From contig OZ287757.1 of NCBI GenBank assembly GCA_965649765.1, positions 3,348,001-3,412,000 of the forward strand: 64,000 nucleotides of DNA, read 5' to 3'. Origin of the DNA: Bispira polyomma (lineage: Eukaryota). The translations under genes were made by a program, and so were the position numbers. Under the pieces are notes generated by a model. The model worked only from the letters and a program-made list of their open reading frames with translations. It had not been told where the DNA came from and did not search any database. Shown here piece by piece: positions 25,531 through 40,000 of the stretch (the first letter of the stretch is position 1; every line of letters starts with the position of its first letter).

Positions 25531-26853
25531 TCAATTATTAGAAATACCTGTATTTTGGTCGTTATGCGTTAATGATAGCCCTTGAAAAGGCAAGGTACAT
25601 GATTTACATCCCAACTTCCGTGACATCTTGGCTGATCTGGTAAATATTATGGCTAAAAGAAAATTGTTCTCCAGTCAATTTTGAGAAACCTTACTGGAAA
25701 TATGTTGGAGTATATTCTGTCACTTTCCATTTGTAAAGATGTATACAAATATGCTTTTTTTTTTACAGCGACAAACAGTAGAGAATCAGTACATATAGTC
25801 CCCCAATTATCTAAATTAACAGTTCTTTCTTAAAGTAGTTTGCAAAGTTTTGATTGTAAATGGATGTTCTGTTCTAAAACTATGCTTAAAGTTGTATTTG
25901 TTGGACAACATTAACTTGTAACATTTCTAGCATGGCAATTTATAAATTATAATTGAAATTGTATTTGTATTTCAAAAGATCGCAAATGCAGTGAGATATA
26001 GTATGCTTTTGAAAAAATATAACGGCTAATGTAAAGCCCTGGACAGAATTATTTTAGTCTATGTCCTTTACATGCACTATGGTATAATGCATAGTCTGTA
26101 GTAAGTTAATAGTAAAAATGTGTTTGTAAGCTGTTAGATGTACCCTAGACACAACACTTAGTAGATACCTACATCCAATTGTTGACGACATTCCAGTTCA
26201 ACTTCAACTACATTAACATATTACCAGAGTTGTTTTGAAATAAAACATAGGTGCACAAGGTGAAATACACTTACATTAATTTTGTCACCATATACGGAGG
26301 CCCTCTTGGCACTCCTTCAATTATTTATCTGACACCCTCAGTTTGGTTGGATCAATTGCTTCTTACCAATCCACAAAGGCCTCCTATGTTATTTGTACAA
26401 TGGCAGAAATATTCTATGTGGTGATAATGTGCTTGTTAAAATGTGTGATCAGTTAGCCTTAAATTGTAGTGGATCTGTCATGTGTACATATTATGTAACT
26501 ACAAAAACATGATGCCAATGTACATGCTAAAATTGTTTGTAAAATAAACAACAAAGCTTAGTACAGTAATAATGAATTTAATGATTAACATAGAGTTAGG
26601 ATATCCAATATCATTAGTGTACTTAATACATATGACACAAAATAGAGCCACAATTTGTACCCCCAGTGAAATTAATATGATGTTGGAGATGATTTATACA
26701 TAAACAATGTTTCTACTTATACTCAAAAATTATTGTTCATTATTTTCATCTTTTCGTTCTTAGTGTATAAGTTAAGATACAAATATAGAGACATATATAT
26801 ATTTACTCATGTTCTTGTTTTTCTCTCAATATGTGCAGCATTAGCCGTTCACA

Positions 26854-29800
26854 ATGCACATCTTACAGATCGCGCTGTTGTCCATTGGGGTGACATTGCT
26901 AAGGGCAACAGATATGACTGAGCAACCAGACCCAAACATGTCCTGCGGTGAAGATAAAACGTGTATGGCTAGCTTGAAGAGTCGAAGTCCTAAAGTGAGT
27001 TACACTAATTAACCCCCACGTGACCAGGATAATAGTGGTCCTAACCTGCAAAATTCCACTGTATAATATCAATCGATTTCATTGCATTAAACACTCAGGC
27101 CTCTTATGTTTCCTAGGTTTTCCCCTTTAGCTTAACTGTTAATTGTTAGCTATTAATCTCAAGATCTGCAAAGTCCACAGATTGATTCCCAGCAGTAGCC
27201 AATCTCTTTTTCAGTTTATACTAGACTCAAGTTATCTCTGCTGTTTACAACTTGGAGGAGGCCATATTGAAAGTAGTATTTTAGGGTGAGGCTTAACGAC
27301 TCCCAGAATAACAAAATGGCCATTGATAACAAAAATGGTATTATCTACAAACAATATTGTATTGTATTTTGTATTTTTAACATGCATTGTTACTGTGAGG
27401 CATCTTCTAAAGCGCAACAACAGAATCAATTAACAAATAGAGAAACATGGCCAAAGTCGTAAAATAGGGTGTGTGATGTACAGGGAACTAAGTGGAGTTT
27501 AAAAATATAGGTATTAAGTTTTTTCATGAAACCAGAAAGTACTTTAATTGATTAAAGCTAGAGAGACTATTCCACAAGACATGGCAGCAATAGAAATAAC
27601 TTTAGATCCTGCTCTCTTGCCCTTTTCGAAGGTATGATACTGAATCAGTAGACATTCTCCCCTTTCATATCATATACAAAAAAACTCCTATAGCTCCCGA
27701 TTTTATATAAAATGGGTATTATTTAACTGAGGTTGATATCTGTCACGTTTTGTGTGTACTTTCAGAGAGGCTGTTGCCATAACTGTGTGTCTGGGATAAA
27801 CCAGATAAATAGTCGCTATCCTGGCCTTTTACAGCCAATGCCGGAAAAAAGTGGTCTGTATATTTTTACTACCTGAGAAATACTGGGTACATTTTGTTTC
27901 TGACTACTCGGAGGAAAACCACCATTGTTGGCAGGTGTATCAAGTATTACCACTCACTATTGGCTGGTGTATGGTGTCATAGTTTGCTCTAAATAGACTC
28001 CTAGTCTGTTCAAAATATACCTTGTAGCTTCATCCTCAGCTCACCTGTTTGCACTTGATGACCTTCCATTAGAAATAGTTTCAGCTCAGTTTTTACTTGA
28101 CCAAAACCCTTTACTACGCTACTAGGTTACCACATAACATTACCAGTCCATTTTGGCTTTCAACTGTCAACTTACTAAGTATATTTTAATATAGTGGTTA
28201 AGACACATTTCCCTGAGGTTCTCTGTTAACAAATCATAGGATTTTAGTTACACCAGTGATCTAGCCACTTCCGGTTTTTATATTCTATCCCTGTTTACAG
28301 TATCATAACATTGTAGAATATAAAGTATGGTTTAGTTTGTCCATGTTTATATCAATGCAGCCACTTGTAGATTGATATTAAAATCTGGACCTGGTAAATG
28401 ATCAATATTTCAACATCCTTAGTCTTTAACTACAGAATTTCAAAAGTATTCTTACCACAGCTGTTGACATAGTCTGCCACATAAATGAGCAGATAGGATT
28501 CACTCCCACATTGGTGAGAGACTAGTGATTGTGAAGAAAGCTAATTCTAACCACTTTTAGCCATCATAATCAGGTTTATTAATGGAAGTAACCAGTACAG
28601 ATTAGTTGCACTGTAAAGTATGCTGTCAGAGCTATGAATGGAAAAAAACCTGTATGGTAATTCTCAATGAACGACCATATACTTTACAGAGTGCAAGGAT
28701 CCTTGCCCGGAAGGAAAAGATGTAGATTCTGACAAATGTGATTTCACATGCGCGAATCCATCTGGAAGAAGAACGACAGCCTCCTTCATTGCCAAACATA
28801 TCAGCTGGCCACCAGTTTGGACAATGGACTCACCAATTAATCAGTGCTGTAAGACGTAAGTACACACCACCTTTCATCATTGACTGGCTGGCTTATTAGT
28901 AATCTCTATCACAACTGGCTTATATTTGCTTGCAATCCTCAAGGATGTTCAGCCTGCCACATTTGGTAATGGGTCAAATGGCACAGGATACCACCAAGTG
29001 GTCAAATCCAATTATACTAGGTATATCTGACTGTACCTGAAACTGTGGTTTTAACACTTTTGACTATAAGAGAAAACTGAAAGATGATTTCATCAGGCAC
29101 ATCGTGATGTTGTTTTCATTCTAGAATGGGCTCCGCCATGTTAGAAATGGAAGCAATCGACCCGTCCAAACTGAGGTTGTCAGATTTGCCTTAGTATATA
29201 GTGGTTATATCAACATTAGTTTAAATCATTTTGTCGACATGTGTCTTTATAAAATATATGTCTTATGTAAGCAATGGGTCACAGATAGGTGGTGCCACTA
29301 AAAGACACACCAGATTACGTCTAGCATTTAAAACAGCCTCACCTTTATTTTTAATGGGGGATTATGCCGTACTAACAATTTTCTATTGCAAGGAACTGAA
29401 GGAAAATAACATAGGGATTGAACATGGTGTAATCAACTGCACTTTAATCCCATAGAACTTCACCATATTATTGTATGATCTAAAAAGTCAAGGCATGATA
29501 GCCCATACAAATGCGACAACTATATGGTAGATCATTGGTTTTCTCAAACATCTTTTAAGGCACACTAGTAGAGTATTCTCTTCTCATTCCCTGTATATTA
29601 CAATGATCATTGGTCTGGATAATGGCAAACTTTCTCAGGATTTATATAACCCGTTATCATGTGGGGGTTTTTGTGGAGCAGTGTCTCTGACTTTCGAACT
29701 CAAGCTTAGAGTGGTTATCACTGCCTTCTGTTTAACCTGAAATCAGGTTTAATCTGATTCCTTAAATGAATTGATCCAAGTGGTTACTGGTACAATAGCC

Positions 29801-31136
29801 ACGTGAAATAACACAATAGCCTAGTAAAGTAAAGAACCTAGCTGCTGGGATCTTATCACTAAAAATAATTGCGTATGTTGAAGTTATTTCAGGTATGTGC
29901 ATCATTTCACGCTAGTATATCCTTCAGTCAAAGTTGGATAACATTCTCCTAGTGACTAGAGGGGTGTGAATAACGCTACTAATACATATATTTTGTAGAT
30001 GGCGTATCCCAGTACCCTTCATCAGAGCCATCCACTGGCCTCCTGGCCCTGTTCTGTACCCCGTCTGGTGTAGAGGGCGCTACCAACTGACTGACCGTCT
30101 CTTCTGTTTGTGAGTAGAAATTTTATTATAGTTGGGTTTTACATTGGTTAGAGGTCAGTGGTTGTGAAACGAACGTCTGTGAATATGAATGAAATGCACT
30201 TTCAAATAGCAACATTGTTAAACAAAATGTGAGGAAAGAATCGGCTGAATAAAACTGTAACAGATATGTGTGAACAGTTGACAACTTATCAAATAAGGGA
30301 AGTGGAAGGGAAAGTCCATGGTACCCCATGCTATTGTGTACACCTAATCTTATTGAACTACTAACGCCTTCAAAACTAATATATTTTAAAAGGCAATCGC
30401 ATCATAGGACTGTTTGTTGTATCCAGTGGACCTGAGAGAAATGGTTAGTTAATTTCTTAAACTGTATGCAATACTTGACTCTGTAAGCATTCAAGTAAAA
30501 TTCCATTAATTTCTCAAGAAGTTATGCTGACAACCAATTTATATTTTAAATAAGGCTAAAGTTCAGTCGGAGCAAGGTATTCTAGCAGTAAACATTTACC
30601 TGTAATAGTTTTACTGTGCCAGTGTGATACATATATTTTCCTGTATATATTTACCTGTAATAGTTTTACTGTGCCAGTGTGATGGCATATTTTGAGTTTG
30701 AGAATGAGTCCAAAATTTACTGTTAAGACCACCATGATATATGCAAATTTAAAAAAAAAAAACATATCTGAAACCCTCGGTACAAGGTCATTGTGATGTC
30801 ACTCTTTTCGGAGACCAAGGTTTCCACTAATAAGAAAAAAATACTGGCCTAAAACACCCACTTTTGCTATGCACTTGTATATTGAAATAATTTATCATTA
30901 TCACGACAGACATATACTCTATATATTCACTATATATATTCACGATTAGCTCAAAGAAATGCATCCCACCAAAGGGGAAACAGTGTTTGAAAGAGAAAAC
31001 TTGCAGGACGTTTTTGGTGACACATTGGAGGCCACACCCTGTTTGGGGACATTGTGTCTACTGGTGGCTTCCTGCCTGGTTCATCACCTACCCAGTAGAA
31101 AGTCACTGCTACTGTGCCAAGAAAAGGAGCGGCTAA
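26854..31136 (+). CDS. Secreted cysteine-rich precursor (~230 aa) with a C-terminal Spaetzle/neurotrophin-like cystine-knot pattern
   Basis: Exons 26854-26994 (MHILQIALLSIGVTLLRA signal peptide), 27766-27850 or 27853, 28690-28855, 29999-30109 and 30950-31136; phases 0,1,2,2 all match; AATAAA at 31235. C-terminus: QCCKTWRIPVP...YQLTDRLFCFSKKCIPPKGKQCLKEKTC...YPVESHCYCAKKRSG*. The gene model is well supported; the family call rests on Cys spacing only. Confidence 0.78.
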
Positions 31137-32399
31137 AGTACCTGATACATTAGCTGTCTGGTTTAACATACAAATGACGTATTTTCTGTTCATCTGTAAT
31201 TTGTTTTTATTAATTCATGCTTACACCTTGATGTAATAAAGCAGAGCATCATAATCTACTGTGTTGTTATTCCAGTAAGTTACCCCCTCTGACATGGTAG
31301 AGTGTACACAAGAAGTATTTCTCTTTGAATTGTTGTATCAAAAAATTATTGGCTGCTTAAACTCCTTGAGGCAATCTGATTGGATGAACTAATAACATTT
31401 TGATAATGATTAGTGGTACTTTTACCTATAATTTTGCAGGCATAAAAAATTCAGGGTCACGTATTTTTTTTGGATAAATTACCAAATTGCCTCAAGTGAG
31501 TGTATTGCAATCTGAATCCAAAATCCCAAGTGTCTCAAGAACTAATTTACTGGCCCCAATACCACTGTTTTTAGACTTAGGTAACCTTCAAACCGACTTT
31601 AAACATTCAACAAACAATAGTTTTTAATGTAGGTGACCTTCAAACCTTAATTAAAACACCCAACCATCACTGCTTTAAACCTAATATATTTAAAATTAAT
31701 GTAAACATTCAACTACCACTGTTGTACACTGTGAATAAGTCATGTAGTTTTGGAGGTTAATTTTTTTGGTGTAATGCTGGTGACAAATCAAGCAACCAAC
31801 CAATGTTGCATGTTTAAAGCTTCCATCGCAAAACAATCGATATCAAGATAATGGCTGTGATTACACCAGGACTTTAAATCGAAATCCAGAAAACAGTTGT
31901 CCGGTACAACAAGTGGTCACACCACTGACAGGGTTATAACCCAGACTTTTACCCAAATAAGTAGTCACTCCAATGACAGGATTTGAACCTATGATCTCTG
32001 ACACTCAATGTCCCATTGACGTATCTATTGATGGGGAATCTTTAGATCATATAATAAGGGGGCCACGGTGAAGAAATGTTTTTGTCAGTGAAAGGCTTTG
32101 GGTTTGAATCTATTGTAATGACAGTTTCTTTCTCTAGTGTGTGTCTTGTAGTCCAAAATATTTCATATTGGGTTCGAACCTATTATGTTTCAATGATGGA
32201 CCCTTAAATATTACATAAATTGATGTTGGGTTCGAACCTTGTGAGGTGTCATGTGTGAGATTCGATTGTTTTATGGGGTGACGGGTATGAACAAACAGCT
32301 TTGTAATTGTTCTTGGAATATTTAGTATATATAGGTGGTCCTGAAAAAAGACCTTTGTTGGTTACAGCTACTGCGACAACATAGGCTACTGGTGGCTTC

Positions 32400-33310
32400 T
32401 CACAGGTTTAGATGGTTAGGCTCATGTTAGGCTCAGGTCAGACTTCATTTTCTGTCATTCTGCCACGGGACTGTCTCCTCTTTTATAAAATAGTCAAAGT
32501 GTCCCTCAGATCTTTCACCCATTCTCAACGACACAAATACCCCTGGAGATTCTGTAGTTGCATATCCTTTGATTGTTAGTAAGTGCTATCCTGGAATAAG
32601 GATTCATCAACCAGGGTCTCAGAGCCCAGTAGGAAGTACTTGACATCACGTCTAGATCCATCAAACAGTTGTTTAGGTTTGGGCAGCTTGAACCACTGCA
32701 GCTAAGGTCCACCAAAATACATCTGTAGTCACCACCAATCAGGGCTCACTACACAATTGAATGGAACCCTTTGTAGTTGTAATAATTACTGCCCGCCTTT
32801 GGAAATGTCTTGATGGTTACATGCTTTGCGTCAACAGAGGCCACAGCGTGAAGAATCTTTTATCTTTTTCTGTATACTTCTTCAAAGTTCGGCATCGTAT
32901 TCTTGATTAATGGACTTGCAGATCTCTGGGATGAACTTGCTGATTGTAGATTTTTCCATCATTAATTGGTATGACAAGGAACTGTTACTCTCCCCAGTGG
33001 CCAGGTGCCTCATGGTGACTGCCAGGTTTAGTCCCACATCCAAGGGCTTTCTGTACCAGATTCTGTTTCTTTTGACATGGGGTCTGATCCATTCCTTGGT
33101 TTCCAGGAATAGATCTGGAGGCAACCTGAAGAAGTTCCTGTATGTAGGTCTATCCCCTTCCCTTAACTCTGGCATAAAGGTGCTGTTTTATATAAGGATC
33201 TCTCTTGTGTGGACCGATCCAGTGGATGGATTAAATTGTCGGAGGCTGGACCTTCTTTGTAATTCAAGAGACACCTAGCCTCCTCATACATTCTCTCTGG
33301 TCTATTGCTG
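32400..33310 (-). pseudogene. PIF/Harbinger DDE transposase pseudogene (HARBI1-like)
   Basis: MPELREGDRPTYRNFFRLPPDLF..LAVTMRHLATGESNSSLSYQ..KSTISKFIPEICKSI; [23 protein letters not shown]; LRPWLMNPYSR..RICNYRISRGICVVENG. It carries frameshifts, stops and deletions. Confidence 0.9.
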
Positions 33311-34294
33311 GCATTGTGCTCAATTTTCTACTTAATAATTCCAAAGTTTTAGGGCTCAAAAGGGGTACATATAGTTCAGATAGCGTTAGTATAGCAGTCC
33401 CGACCTTGATTTTTAGAGTTTCAAACCTGAGGGATGGGGGTACAGATGCATCAGATCCTATTGTCGATACGGTCAACCCTAGGCTGATACATCAGATCCT
33501 ATTGTCAATCAGTTTGATCCTAACAAGGTCGGGGAGGCCGGGTCCCCTTCAAAGTTGTATGGACTCCAAAGTCGATTAGGATCGTCGTACAGTCAAAACG
33601 GGACGTAATCAGTTTGATCTAGAAGGTCACCTTACATTTTCATTTTCCTGCACAAAAATAAATAAATTGACTGGTCCTATTTGGAGATGCAGTTGATAAT
33701 AAACTCACATGAAGAGACAGATGGTTTCCCCTTGATATTACAAAAGTTTTTCAAAATATTACTTGATTCATTATAAGTAAAAGTTTCATTACATAAAAAT
33801 ATTTGAAAAGTCAATATCAGGGATATTTTTAACTTTATTTTTAAACAGTTCAGCACCAAATTATTTAACTTGGTTCAATTATCAGCTTGAGTGGTAATAG
33901 TCTCTTTTTATGATATTTTTTTTTTTTTTTTTGTTGTTCTATCTTTAAAGTTTTTATATTCTATGCCACAGAAATACTAAGAGGGTATTTCACTTAGTTG
34001 AGGACACTTCACGATATATCATGATTACAGGTGTCTTTACATGAGCTCCTTGAGGGATGGATGCATGGAATATTTAAAAAAAACTTTTAAAAAAGCTGTT
34101 ATGAAAAAATGACAGATTCAATCGAAAATGAACTATTTTATTGTATAACAAAACAAATTCAAAACAAATATTTACAAGAAACATGGACTAAAACTAAACA
34201 TTTCAACCTATTGATTGTATTTATATTATGTTACACAGAAAAAAATTCTAACACTCAACACTAAGTAAATTACATACAAAGGAGTGTATAATCA

Positions 34295-36770
34295 TCAGTG
34301 CCCTACCCAGTGATTTTGAAGTAAGGAGCAACACAGGTAAGTAAAAAGGCTCAGATGGGGATATTAGTTTAATGCTTTCTATGTTAATTCTACATTTATG
34401 TACATACTGGTTTTTAGGGCCACCTTAGCCCCAGGACAAGATTTTAGTTTAAGGTGACCTTAGCCTGAGTGTTGTCAGTTTAAGGTCACGAATTTTGAGT
34501 TTAAGGGTAGCCCTAATATGACATTAGGGCTACCTAAAAGTGAGTTAAAGTTTTAGTTAACTTGTAAGTTGGGGTATTTTTGAATTACGAGGTAACCTTA
34601 GATTTTATTTAAGGTTGCCAAAGTAGATTAGAATGTATATCTAAAGGTTAACATAAAAAGGGTGGTAAGGTGGCCCTAGATGTTTATCTTTAACATTTAA
34701 TAATATAGTATGTGTGTAAAAATATGTAAATAAGTGCCAAAGCCCAATTAAGAAGTAGTGGATTTGGAAAGTAGTGGCTTGAAGGAGAGGGCCACTTGCT
34801 CTGAGGCATTGTGGTCCTGCACTATATACTTCCACACACAATCAGAGGTCCATGTGCCATGACTTTGAATATCTTGAATTGGTACATTATTATTAAAAGC
34901 TAAGGTAGCACCTGACCTCCGAAAGGTGTGGAAGGATATAGCAGAGTGTTGGAGCCCCAACCTGGTGAGTATTGAGGTGAGATTTTTCCTGATTTGACTA
35001 TCTATCATAGGAGACCACTTCTGGTCTTTTTTGAACTGAAACAAAGGAGAATTTTTGTGACCTGGAGTAATAACTAGGAGTACCCTAGTGGCCCTCACTG
35101 GACACAATGGAGAGCTGCCAAGACTAGAAATTTTGAGAACTTTGACTACATTTTTAGATTGTAAGGTCTTTGACCATTCAATTATTATGTGAAGGCCAGG
35201 AGGAGCGAACAACACGTCCCCCCCTGGCAAGCTGGACTAGAGGGGAGAATTGCGAGGCTGCATGAGGAACCAAATTAGAAATTCTTAAAAATGAGAAAAA
35301 AGCTATTAAGTACACTGCTCTGAATACTAATCCCATGCACATAGTGTCACAGGCTTGAATTATTTGGTGCAAAAGGGGAATGTCTATGATTGCTTTGATC
35401 TTGGCCCTGAAGGGGCTATTCAGCACGAGAGCTCTTTGGTAATATTTGATCCTACTGTCTGTGAAGGCCGTGACATTCAGCCCATATAGTGTCATTTTCG
35501 CTTTAATTGCAGATAAATAATTGGCAATGGAAGGGGAAGACACATTATTGACAACCAGAACTTTTAGAAATGCCAGGATAATCACAGGTGATATAAGACG
35601 TGGGCTGACCTGAGCAAAACTGCAAAGGGCCAAAAGATTCCTGAACTTGTTAGTGTAAGCTCTCTCAGTAGCTGGTTTGAAAGCTTGATAAGTTCTGTAT
35701 GTAGCCTGTGTAGCAATCTGTCTTAAGTGGCAAGGTATATCTGTAAATCAGACAGGCCAGTCTATTTCTAGCATGGTATGCTTGATTTGTACCCATTTGT
35801 AATGATGCACTAATTGTGATAACTTCTTATCATTATCTGCGGTGAGATGCCATCTTGAGAGAAGGTCAGCTACCGTGTTTAGTCTACCCAGGATATGTAT
35901 GGTTTTAAGACTTATATCCACTGAGGCCACCTCTATGAAAATATTTCGGGCGATTGCTGCCAAAGTAAGGTCTTTCGTTTTGCCTGAATTGAGAATGGTG
36001 ACGACTGCAGCGTTATCACATTGAATAATGAGGCGCTTACCTGCCCAAGTGGCTTTCCATAGTCTAATAGCTACTAAGATATTGAGCATTTCGAGATGTA
36101 CGATAGTCATGTCAAGATACCCAAGGGGAATTGAGAATTCATACACTTCGTCGTTACAGCGCCCCCCCCCCCAACCCCTGAAGACAAGCATCCAGCTGAA
36201 TACAGTCAGTGGTGGGTTTGTGATCAAAGAAAGCTCTGCCGTTAAATTTTGGTAGGAATTTTTTAAACTAATTCAAATCTTGGTGAAACTGGTCTGTGAG
36301 TTTAACCTTGTGGCTAGATCCTACTGATCTGAGGACGTCCAACATTCGATTTAAGAATACTCTAGATGTCCTTACACATTTAGAGATGTATAGCAGTTTG
36401 CCCAAAAGGGACTGCAGTTCACGTTTTATACAGCAATCTCGTGCTTGCCAAGTATGTATAAGGCTATTTATGTCTGCAAGCTTGTCTTCAGGGAGAGAAA
36501 CAGTTAGATCTACTGAATTTACCAGAACCCCCAGGCAGGTGACTGCTGTACTTGGGTAAACAAAAATAGAAGTATATTTAAAATGGCGGTGTCGCCTGCT
36601 TGAGTTCAATATAGAAAGTGAGGGTTCTAAGAAAAAGTGGGAAAGACTGGGGTCAATTAGTACAAACTGGCGAATCAGCCGGGAGGGCCATAGGTCATGA
36701 CCTCTGACAAATAAGTTAAGGAAAATACTGTAAGCACTGAACTAGCTATCCCCTGTGGGTCTATCCCGCA
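34295..36770 (-). mobile_element. Internally deleted, non-autonomous copy (copy B) of the tyrosine-recombinase retrotransposon
   Basis: Both termini are homologous to 53156-58688 (5' TGCGGG..GGGGATAG..TTCAGTGC; 3' GGGTAGGGCACTGA). About 210 nt of 5' leader joins directly to the RT thumb at ~36560. RNase H (35748-36227) and YR (34748-35740) are frameshifted at G/C runs. Confidence 0.93.
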
Positions 36771-37095
36771 GTATACAAACTAGACAAATTAACTAGTTCT
36801 GGGAGGTGTATTAATTGACAGCATATGCATATATTTGTTAGCTCTAATATGAAGGGAAAGCATACATTATGTAACAGTATATACTGTGTTTTAAGATTTG
36901 GTTAATAACAGTTTTCTCTCTTTGACAACTTTTTTACTTTGGCTCATGGGCGATTGTACTCAACCAGATAAAACTAACATTGACTGAAACCTGTACAAAA
37001 ATACTCAGTTAATGTGGAATAGATTATGAAATTAAAATGTCATCTATCACAGTAATTCTAAACCGTTCTTTGTTAATTCCACCATCTTTTAGTAA

Positions 37096-40000
37096 TCAGT
37101 CTTTTCTACCAATAAATACCCTGCCTTTCTTCATCAGTTTCCCTCCATGTAACAGAGCTGGAAGTTCATAATACTTCACCACATTCTGAGGATCTTGTGG
37201 GTTTTCACTTCTGAAGCCTACATCTTGAAGCTTTTCTCCAAGCCAATTTTGGCCGATGCCTTTTAAGAAAATTACAAAACCAATATTGGATCATGCATAT
37301 TTTGGATGTAATCATCATTGAGGAGCTGGCATCACATCAAATTAAAATGCCCTCTCATAGTGTTTTAACTGTGGACAAAAAACATGAGACTGCATTTATA
37401 ACTTAACAACAGGCGAGGTAAGCCTAGAGCAACCTCCTACCTGGGGTATTGATGGTGTCTTTTATACACTGATGAAAATTTTTCAAACAATTAGTACATT
37501 GTTTTACAAATTTCACATCACATTTCTATTGAACAGACTTATGTTTTCAGCTTTATGTTGTGCAATTATCCTATTTTTAGATGTCTTCAGAACTTTTTTT
37601 AAACTTTTTGTCAATTTAATTACATAACAACCTTAATATGTCAGTTTCTTAAATGTTGATCGACTCCCCCAAAAATGGTAGTTCTGCAAAGATTGTAACT
37701 ATTTTATTTGATGTAATAATGAGTGGGTTGCAGTTATTAAGCCAACAGCTTACACACAAAACACACACACATTATCATTGCAATACTTTCAAACGAATCA
37801 AAACCTCTATATTATCTGAAAAATTAATTTGTTGGGCTCAAAATTACTATGCCTCAGATGACGCCTTTTCTTGTTGATGCTCCTCGCAATTACACAGCAT
37901 ATGACCCAGTGTGTTCTGATTATAGAGGTTCTACTCTAATAGTTTGCAAACTAATCGTCAAATGTAGGCTCACAGTATATACCTTTCTGATCGTCGAAGG
38001 ACATCTGAGGTCTTTGAGTGGCCATTTTCCAAGCTAGTCGGGCGAAGTCGTTCATGAAGTTGAGCTGGGCAGACATATTATGTTGTGGTATTTCTTTCAC
38101 AGACAAGCAGAGAGATCTGGCAGTTTTCCCTGACTTCATTCTGTCCTGAAGATCTGACGAAATATTCTTTAAAAAAACACAATGAAAAGTCAATTAGTCA
38201 AAAATCAAAACATCAAGATAGCATCAATTGGTGTTTTTTAAGAGAGATTTCTCACCTCTGAAAATAGATCTTACACAGGAGCTCTATCTCTTTTATAGAC
38301 AAATAATTTGTGGATAGTAGACACAGCTACTAAATTCCACAGCCCGGGCAAGAGACAGCCTCCATCTCTCAATACTCTTGGGTGTGACACTTATGCCAGA
38401 AACTCTGAGAATTTACATGCTATGCTTGTGCATTATAGTAACTGAATAAAGGAGATGAATGTGATTAAACTCTTTGTCATTACTTGGTTTAGTAAATTAT
38501 TGTGTAATTGCAAAGAATCGTAAGCATTATGTTTAAAAAAGGTAAAAAATTAAGTGAAACTCAGACACTGTCAAATTATTAGATAATCTTATGAGTTGTT
38601 TTTTATTCTTTTTTTTAAGATAGATATTTTTATTTAATATTGAGAGTGAATGCAATACTGTTGGTAACAATAGACAATATAGTACCACAATATGAGGCAT
38701 ATCTGACACCCATCAATTTGGACAGATTGATTGCTTCCAACCAATCCCCTTGTGAATGAAATATTATTTCTCCAAGTAGTCGTCACCTATTTCAATCTTA
38801 TTAGTTGATAAGAAATAGTCAATACAGGAATTCAGGGGGTTATAACTTTATATTACTGCATACTAATAATAACTTAAAAAAATTATATGGCATACTACTT
38901 TTTAAAAATCCATACCTGACTGATATCGCTTACATCCGCAGTATCTGCTGTTACTCGTAGGAAATCCCAAATGGCAATCTTAAGGCCATCTGGGATTTTA
39001 TCAACAATAACAGCTGTTTGGATTGCCTTTCTCTGAAATGACACACCAAATCTTACAAAAAATAGATATGAGAATATACTCGACCTAATGCATGTGATAT
39101 TTGTCTCTCACAACAAAACGTAAGTCTGCACTGTATTCTCAAACTATGCTTTTATAATGTATACATGTTTGTTTAATTGTTATTTTTTACCAGTTGCAGT
39201 ATTTCATAGTAAAACTACCCGAATGGTGTATATCAAAAAAAAAAACTATTGTAAAAATTTACTGTTATTACCTTAAAGTTAGTTTTCGAAATGACCCCAA
39301 TACTTAGCCCCAAATGTTTTGCTGAACTTTCAATTGGTGGATTCATTTGTTCATCAATTAAAACTACCGAAAATTTGATAGTAGTCTTTGTTCACCTTTT
39401 AAAACCTTCCGTTATGAGGTCATAATGTAAATCTGAAAGCCAAGAAGTATAGAGTTGGTATCTAAAGAATTAACTTAGAAGATGTATTTAAAAAGTACTA
39501 AAAATCGAGTTTTATGTACCAAAACATTGTTTAAGATTTTTATATAAGCAATATTTTTATGAACTTTCTGATTGAATTATCTGTTTAAATAACACTAAAC
39601 CCTTGGAAATTCCTGTAACTACTGCAGTTTTGATATACACATTCACTTGTGGCGGTTGATAAGGTTCATTGTATCAGCTGGCACGTATCATCCTCGAAAA
39701 GTCATACTTATGACAAAGTGAATCATAAATATACATGTTACAGTAAATATGCGTAATCATTAAATAAGCATATTTACTGAAAATTTCACTAAATACGTGA
39801 ACTTACTGATTAGGTGGGCAATCCATAAAAACTTCAGTAAATATGTATATTTACTGACATTTGATCAACATTATTTTACAAGTTACTGGTTGTCATTTCC
39901 GTAATGTTGTATCATGTGAAAATTTATTTGTTTGATTTAATGTTTCATTTAATGCGTTTAATTTAGATTCAAATAATAAGTATCAATATTTTGCATTTTT

